A DNA stretch of 64,000 nucleotides. Source: Eledone cirrhosa (Eukaryota). Positions 56,991-64,000 of this stretch are shown here, in pieces. The stretch is from NCBI GenBank assembly GCA_964016885.1, contig OZ024741.1, forward strand, positions 294,314,001-294,378,000, in the 5' to 3' direction. Below the pieces are notes generated by a model that did no database searches, was not told the DNA's origin, and worked only from the letters and a program-made list of their open reading frames with translations. The first letter of the stretch is position 1. Every line of letters begins with the position of its first letter. The position numbers and the translations under genes were made by a program.

Positions 56991-57419
56991 TATTATTTGA
57001 TATGCTGGAGCTACCAGCAAGGAAAGCTGTTCAAGATGCACACCAGATTAAACTATCTTGCATACACTTGCCAACTGTCCATGCATTACTGATTTATGGG
57101 TTTATTTTGAACAATTGTTATCAGATCTAGAATGGATGCAGTTGTCAGCTAAGTCTTATTGTGAAGGTAGAACCACTGCCTTCCTGTGGCAAGGAAAGAT
57201 TGGTGTTTTCTTTTATTTAAGCCCCATGTCAAAAGTATATGCTGGTCATGGTTGAATGGTTTGAGGGTAGAGGTTTTCCTCTCAGGACAAGATTTCAACA
57301 TCTTCAAATAAGTCTTGAAAAGGAAGATAAGGGTTGAAGGGGGGGTACTGTCCTTCAGCAAATTTTATGGATGGTCAATGAGATTATCTAAATGGGCCCA
57401 CATTAACTTCTACTTCTCC

Positions 57420-57800
57420 CAATTATTTCTGAGAGGATCATGGGGGCAGAATCCTCAAACACTCCTTCCATTGGGTCCTGTCAGTAGCAATCATTTCTAA
57501 TTGATCCAGCTGGATCCCCAAGCATGACCAGCCAAGCTCATGGATGTTATCCAACCATCTTGCTTGGAGTCTACCCTGGATCTCTTGCTGGTTGGTTTTG
57601 CCCATAAAATCAATACAGCGATTCTTTCCTGAGACAATTCTAACCACATGCCCATAGTATCAGAGCTGTGATCTCTCAATTTAGAGAAGTACTAGCTCTA
57701 CCTGGAGCAACTCTCTGATCTTCAAATTTCACACTTTATTGAGTAACATTACTTCAAAGATCCTTGGGAGGAACCCCATTTTGGCCCACATTAACTATGT
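57420..57800 (-). mobile_element. 3' fragment of an old RTE-like LINE family (also ~54570-54910, 59880-60080, 62770-63050)
   Basis: Shared GGTCCTGTCAG-AGCAA...GATCCCCAAGCA-GACCAGCCAAGCTCATGGATGTTAT; (GAA)n-type tail in one copy. Confidence 0.65.
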
Positions 57801-58266
57801 GACTAAACAACCAGTTGACAAAACTGAGAGAAGTCATTGCCTTTGATGTGCCAAAGTAATCCAGGGTTGCATTTGGGGTGTCGCGAATCATTCTGTGTGG
57901 TTTTTCGCTCATTTTGGGGGATCCTTTTCTTCTTTTCTAGGTTGTTGTTTTCTACTCTTAGTTCTATTTACTATTAGCTATTAGTAAATATGTCCTTATT
58001 ATTGCTACCACCACCCTTTTACTCATTATAAGACCTCCTCTATTTTGTTTGTTGTTTTCCTTGTACTGTCCCCAACTAGTTGGGCCCTTGTGGCTAATAA
58101 ATGAAATCATTAAAAATATTATTATTATCACCATTATCATAATTATTTTTTATCATTATTGTTTTTATTGTTGTTTTTTAATCAAAAAGTCTTCAGATGT
58201 GTTTAGAATGAATTCTCAATATGGATATCTGAAATTTAAATTTATGATAAAGAAAAAAAAAAGAAA

Positions 58267-58570
58267 TTGTTATACTTTGGGAGGGTCATGTTGCCAATAA
58301 GAAACACACGCACCAGTTGCTTTCACTTCAATTTATTATAAATTAAATTTATAAATTTCCAGTTGGTTGGTTGGTTCCACAACCAGACGATTGTTCATAT
58401 ATTGTCAAAGTTCTTTCGTCACACATTATGTGACCTCTTCAGTGACTGGGGATTCTTTTCTTGGCTTTTGTGCCTCTCCTTTGTTCTGTCCTACGCCATC
58501 TTGTTTTTGTGTGTGTTGTGTGCTTAGTTTGCACATGTGTTACATCAGGTGTCTGTGTGTGTTTATATAT
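58267..58570 (-). mobile_element. Solo Penelope pLTR copy (matches ~17915-18232) with an intact hammerhead core at 58404-58446
   Basis: Minus strand GTCA-CTGAAGA-G-GTCACA-TAATG-TGTGAC-GAAAGAACTT-TGAC; near-identical spurious ORF translations at 17791 and 58367. Confidence 0.85.
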
Positions 58571-59253
58571 AAGACTTTATTGCAAAGTAGATTGTTGTGA
58601 CAATGGGTGGTTAGTTATGTATTTTAATTGTGTTTTTTTTTTTATTTATATTTGTTTTAATTTGTATCTTTGCAAATCTGTGGCAATGATTGTCATCAAC
58701 ATCACATCACCATTATCATCACTACCACCACTATCATTATTATCAGCATCCTCTGCAGACAGTCCCCATCATTATCATCATCATCTAACTCAATACAACC
58801 ACACCTACCATCCACCACCACTATACCATCCTCCACTACTACCATCCACCACCACCATCATCTTCATTATCTATATCCACTTTCCATACAGTCATGGACT
58901 TGATGGGTCATCATGGTCTGAATTTCTGAGTCAATTCTTATTCAGTGTTAATATCTATCTAAACTTGTCTGAGGACCATGCTTTTCTCAGACATTAAATG
59001 ATGAAAACTAGAATATCTTCCTTAGTTAATAATTGTTTCTGATTTAGGCACAAGGCTATCAATTTGGGTTGAGGGAGTGTTGATTAAATTGACTCCAGTG
59101 CTGTACTGATACTTTATTTTATCGACCCCCGTAATGATGAAAGGCAAAACTAACCATGGTGGGATTTGAACTCAGAATATAGAGTCCATAACTATGCTGC
59201 AAAGCATGTTGTCCAACATGCTACCAATTTCACCAATTCACCGCCCTTTGATA

Positions 59254-61074
59254 TTAATAAAGCCTTATATGTGATAAGAGAGACAAATGTTTGAGTCAAT
59301 AATACAATAGTGAGTTATCAATGTTTATCTGATGTCTGCTGCAAGATATACACATATACACATAAATCACATTAGTATAATGAAGTGGTGGAGCTAAGTT
59401 AAGTCTCTCACATTCATATTCACACACCTTAATACTTCCCATTGAGTCATTAACACACTGCTACTGGCTGTACACAGTTAGAAAAACAGTTAAAGACTTT
59501 CTCAGATTTTGTGGTTCAACAGATTGGAGTTTTATCCTTGTTTCATAAAGTTAAATCACAGTTAATTATATAGAGAGATAGATAAATACACACACACACA
59601 TATATTTATAGACACACATACACACACACACACATACATAGATAGATACTTGCATACATGAACACACACATACATACATGCATGCATAAATAGATACATG
59701 CATATATACATACAAACATACATACACACATGCATGTATATGTACACATACATCAATACATACATGCATAAATACACATACATAGATACATACATACATA
59801 TATATGTACACATACATACATACATACAAACATACATACATGCATACATACATACATACAAACATACATAAATGTAGTGGGGGCAGTGTCCTGAAATAGT
59901 CCTTCCAGCAGGTCCTGTCAGAAGCAACCATCTCCAACTGATCTGGCTAGATCCCCATGCAAGACCAGGTGAGCTCATGGATGTTATTCAACAATCTTGC
60001 AGAGGGTCTTTCCCTGGACCTCCTGCTGGCTGATTTTTCCTGTAAAATCTGTAAAATCTTAGACATTCTAACCAGAGCCCCATTAATAATAATAAAAAAA
60101 AACACAAATCAGCTAACTGCATAACATACTTTAGATAATCAATGTAGTATGTACGTTTTAATGTAAATATTTGCCAGGAGTTGCAACCAGTAGATGGTAT
60201 AAGCAATGGAAAGATCAATGGAAACGTTGTTTCCTCAGTTTGTTATTATTTGCTTTCACCTTACTCAGAAAGAGGTTAGAGAACATTCCAATTGTTTAAA
60301 AAAAAAATGTAAGCATGAAAGTTGTAAATTATATGATTTAAACTGTTGTTAGACACACAAGTATGACACTTTCTTGTCTTTTGGCCATATACATACAATA
60401 AAGAGCTATTGCAACACATTACTCTTGTACAGTGTAGTCTAGGATGAAGGAAGATGTGTGTGTGTAGGTAGAAGATGGGTTTGGGGGGTGACCAATTTTG
60501 GTAATTTGCCTCTGTAACTCAGTGTCTTTAACTCTTTTTCTAACTTTGTATGTGTTTGTGTATATATATATATGTGTTTATCTATATATATGTGTGTGTA
60601 TCTATCTGTGTATCTATGTGTGTAAATATATATATATATATATATGTGTATGTATATATGTGTGTATGCATATATATATATGTATGTGTGTGTATATATA
60701 TGTGTGTGTGTGTGCGTGTATATATATATATATGTGTGTGTGTGTGTATGTGTGTCTATCTATATAATTAACTGTGATTTAACTTTATGAAACCAGGATA
60801 AACTCCAATCTGTTGAACTACAAAACCTGAGAAAGTCTTTAACTGTTTTTCTAACTGTGTACAGCCAGTAGCAGTGTGTTAATGACTCAATGGGAAGTAT
60901 TAAGGTGTGTGAATATGAATGTGAGAGACTATTAACTTAGCTCCACCACTTCATTATACTAGTGTGATTTATGTGTATATATCTTGCAGCAGACATCAGA
61001 TAAACATTGATAACTCACTACTGTATTATTGACTCAAACATTTGTCTCTCTTATCACTTATAATGCTTTATTAA
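59254..61074. repeat. Long inverted duplication: arms 59254-59574 and 60759-61074, ~1.2-kb spacer
   Basis: Direct comparison shows the arms are reverse complements with only scattered substitutions and small indels. Confidence 0.95.
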
Positions 61075-64000
61075 GGATGACAAATATCTATTTTTTGTTC
61101 TTCTCATTCTTTTTCTCCTTCTCCTCCTCCATCCTCTTCTTCTTCTCCTTCTCCTCCTCCATCCTCTTCTTCTTCTCCTTCTCCTCCTCCATCCTCTCCT
61201 TCTTCTTCTTCTTCTTCTTCTTCTTCTTCTTCTTCTTCTTGTGCAGAACAAAACAGTAATTGATGTGTTGTTCTTACTTTCAGTAAATTTATAATGTGTG
61301 TGTACATATATATATATATGTGTGTGTGTGTGTATATATAAATACATATATATATGTTTGTGTGTGTGTCTGTCTGTTTGTCGGTCAGTTAGTATATATG
61401 TACATGTATGCATTCACTGAAGAGATAACAAGACAAGACATATAGATTACTGTGTTGTGTATACATTTGGGAAAAAAATCACAAAAGAGATCAAGAAAAA
61501 CATATGAAAGTTCCTTCATCAGCTGCTATCTGGAAGGTCATAGAGATTTCAACAGAATGTATTTGTATATAAAAGCTACTTATTGAAATGTAATTGAAAT
61601 TCTCTTAGTGCTAGACCACAACTTTGTATCGTTATGCAAATATGTTGTGCCTAGAAACGTTGTTGTTTACATATTAAGTATGTAATCATTTAACATCTCA
61701 TTTCAGAATGTAACTTAACCCTTTAGCATTTACATTACTCTATATTTTCTATTATATTTTCACGGTAAAGGCTATACTTCACATAATTATCTCATATAAT
61801 TATCTCACATAATATCGAATCTATGAGATTTTGATATTATTTATTTTGATATTATTTATTTTGATATTATTTATTTTAATGCCTTAACATTATGAGCAGC
61901 CAGTTACAGCCAGTTTGAACAGAAAGGGGTGAGAGAATTATGTCTACATACAGCCAGTTTAAATGGTAAAGAGTTAACCCTTTAGAATTCACATTATTTT
62001 GGTAGATTGGCAGTATTGGTAGAGGGTCTAACGCCATGCTTTGCAGCATAGAGTTACGGGCCTTTACGATCTGAGTTCAAATCCCGCCGTGGTTAACTTT
62101 GCCTTTCATCCTTACGGGGTAGATAAAATAAAGTACCAGTAATACACTGGGATAATTGCTGGCATTGTGCCAAAAGTAGAAACAATTATTTTATATATAC
62201 TATTATATTTTCATGGTAAAGGCTTTACCTCACATGATATCGAATCTATGAGATTTTGAAAGTATTTATTTTGAGAACAATGACTTAACATCAGTTTGAG
62301 CGACCAGTTACAGCCAGTTTCAACAGAGAGAGGTAGAGAATTCTGGCCGGTTTTGGCTGGTTTGAACATTAAAAGGTTAAAGGGGAGAAAATTCAGATGA
62401 GTTGTTAAATAACAATGAAACCAGTCCCTAGATTGACTTTCAACTAAGATGCCAAAAAGGCCCTCATGGGGCATAATTTCATAAGAATAAAGATATATGA
62501 AGATGACTCCATATGTTTATTTAGTCATAAACTGTAGTCTGAAACCTATTTAGTCATAAACTGACATAATGTTTCATATAAATGGATACATATTACTTAT
62601 AACGCCTTTAATACAATGTACTTTTTTTGTTTGATTAAAAGATTTCTGTTAAGGATTGTAGTTTAATATTTTGTATAAGCATAGAGTCTTTTCTTCTTCT
62701 TCTTCTTCTTCTTCTTCTTCTTCTTCTTCTTCTTCTTCTTCTCCCTCCCCCCCTCCTCCTCCTTTCATTTAAACCTGAGTGGGTTATGCGGCTTCCAGTG
62801 GATCCTGTCAGAAGCAACCGTCTCCAATTGATCCAGTTAGATCTCCAAGCAAGACCAGCCGAACTCATGGATGTTATTCAACCATCTTGAGTCGCCTGTC
62901 AGTTGGTTTTGCCCATAAAATCTATCCAGCAGTTCTTTCCTGAGACATTCTAACCAATTCGAAGAAGTAATCACTCTACCTGGAGTGTCTCTCTGATCTC
63001 CAAGCTATGCACTCTATTGAGTAATGTTACTCCAAAGACCCTTATCAAAATATGCAACATTTGTGCATCCATTCCATACCTTTCAAGACAGGTCACAGGC
63101 CCATTTCCAGTACTCACAGCATCAGAGACTTCAATATATTTTTCAAACAGGCCCCTCTACCTAAGGTCTCAACATATCCTTTGTAACCCTGCATGAAGTA
63201 TAAATGTTTATATTGCAGTTTGTGGTGGTACTTTTCTCAAATCAGGGAAAAACTATGCTTTTTTAGGGCAGCTTTACTTGCCTAATCATAGCTATATCAC
63301 TGGGTTGTGAGAGTTTTCTTGGGAGCTAACAGTTTCAACCATTGCTCTATCTCCCATAGTAGTTTACCACCCTTCATCTGGCTGAAGTTGCTAATAACGC
63401 AACTAACCATCATAAATGGTGGCCATATCTCTATCCATCACCTGCACCCGATTCTCTAGCAGAATAGCTTTGCCAAGAACAAGAGTAACATTTTAAATGT
63501 AGTGGAATGAATACCTTTGATGACTGGTTTGCTTGGGCATGACTGAATGGGGCCAAACACCTATAAAAACAACAGGCTAGACAATTATTGACCCTTTTGA
63601 TACTGACACTGACCTTGGTTCTATGATACAAAACTTTCATTTAAAAGTGTTTATATTTATTTAAAAACCTTTCATGATCATTTTCTAGAAAAACCTTTGT
63701 ATTCCAAATACCAGCTTTATAACTAGGAAGTTTGTTAATTTACTAAATTTATCCAAATTCTTGATATCTTCAAATTGTTTTGAAAATGAAAGGCAGTGTC
63801 TTCCATTAGAAATATATTAATAAAAGGGTTAAAAACAATTCATACTAAATCCTCCTACAAATTGTCTAGAATACTTAATATGACAAACAAAGCTAGTATA
63901 AATGGAGGTTACTGCATGATAGATAGATGGAAGATTGGAGTCTGGCTGGCTTTCTTTGTAAGCAGTGTGTCAGTAATGGGCGAGATTCTGTGTCTGTGTA

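Overview
AT-rich, microsatellite-saturated eukaryotic DNA, most likely octopus (coleoid cephalopod), judged from the SINE families, the (TA)n/(CAT)n load and the LINE types. It looks intronic or intergenic. No host protein-coding gene is convincingly supported, and nearly all listed ORFs are translations of simple repeats. All real coding remnants are transposon-derived: an internally deleted Penelope-like (Naiad-type) element (9387-10744), an RTE-clade LINE with a PHD finger inside its RT (14480-16931, second copy 26468-27375), a Penelope GIY-YIG fragment, a near full-length frameshifted CR1-type LINE (20815-24323, minus) and Mariner remnants. There are also many tRNA-derived SINEs, MITEs, a probable non-autonomous Helitron and a 44-bp minisatellite. 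The most striking signal is about ten sequence-unrelated type I hammerhead ribozyme motifs (stem I-CUGANGA-stem II-GAAA-stem III-NUH-stem I), read by eye. They lie in short non-coding units next to (TA)n tracts, and several fold-back copies turn around inside the hammerhead. Also noted: a ~320-bp inverted duplication of unique DNA and RFX X-box-like motifs, one pair of which forms a pre-miRNA-like hairpin. All structures were assigned by eye; no folding or database search was run.
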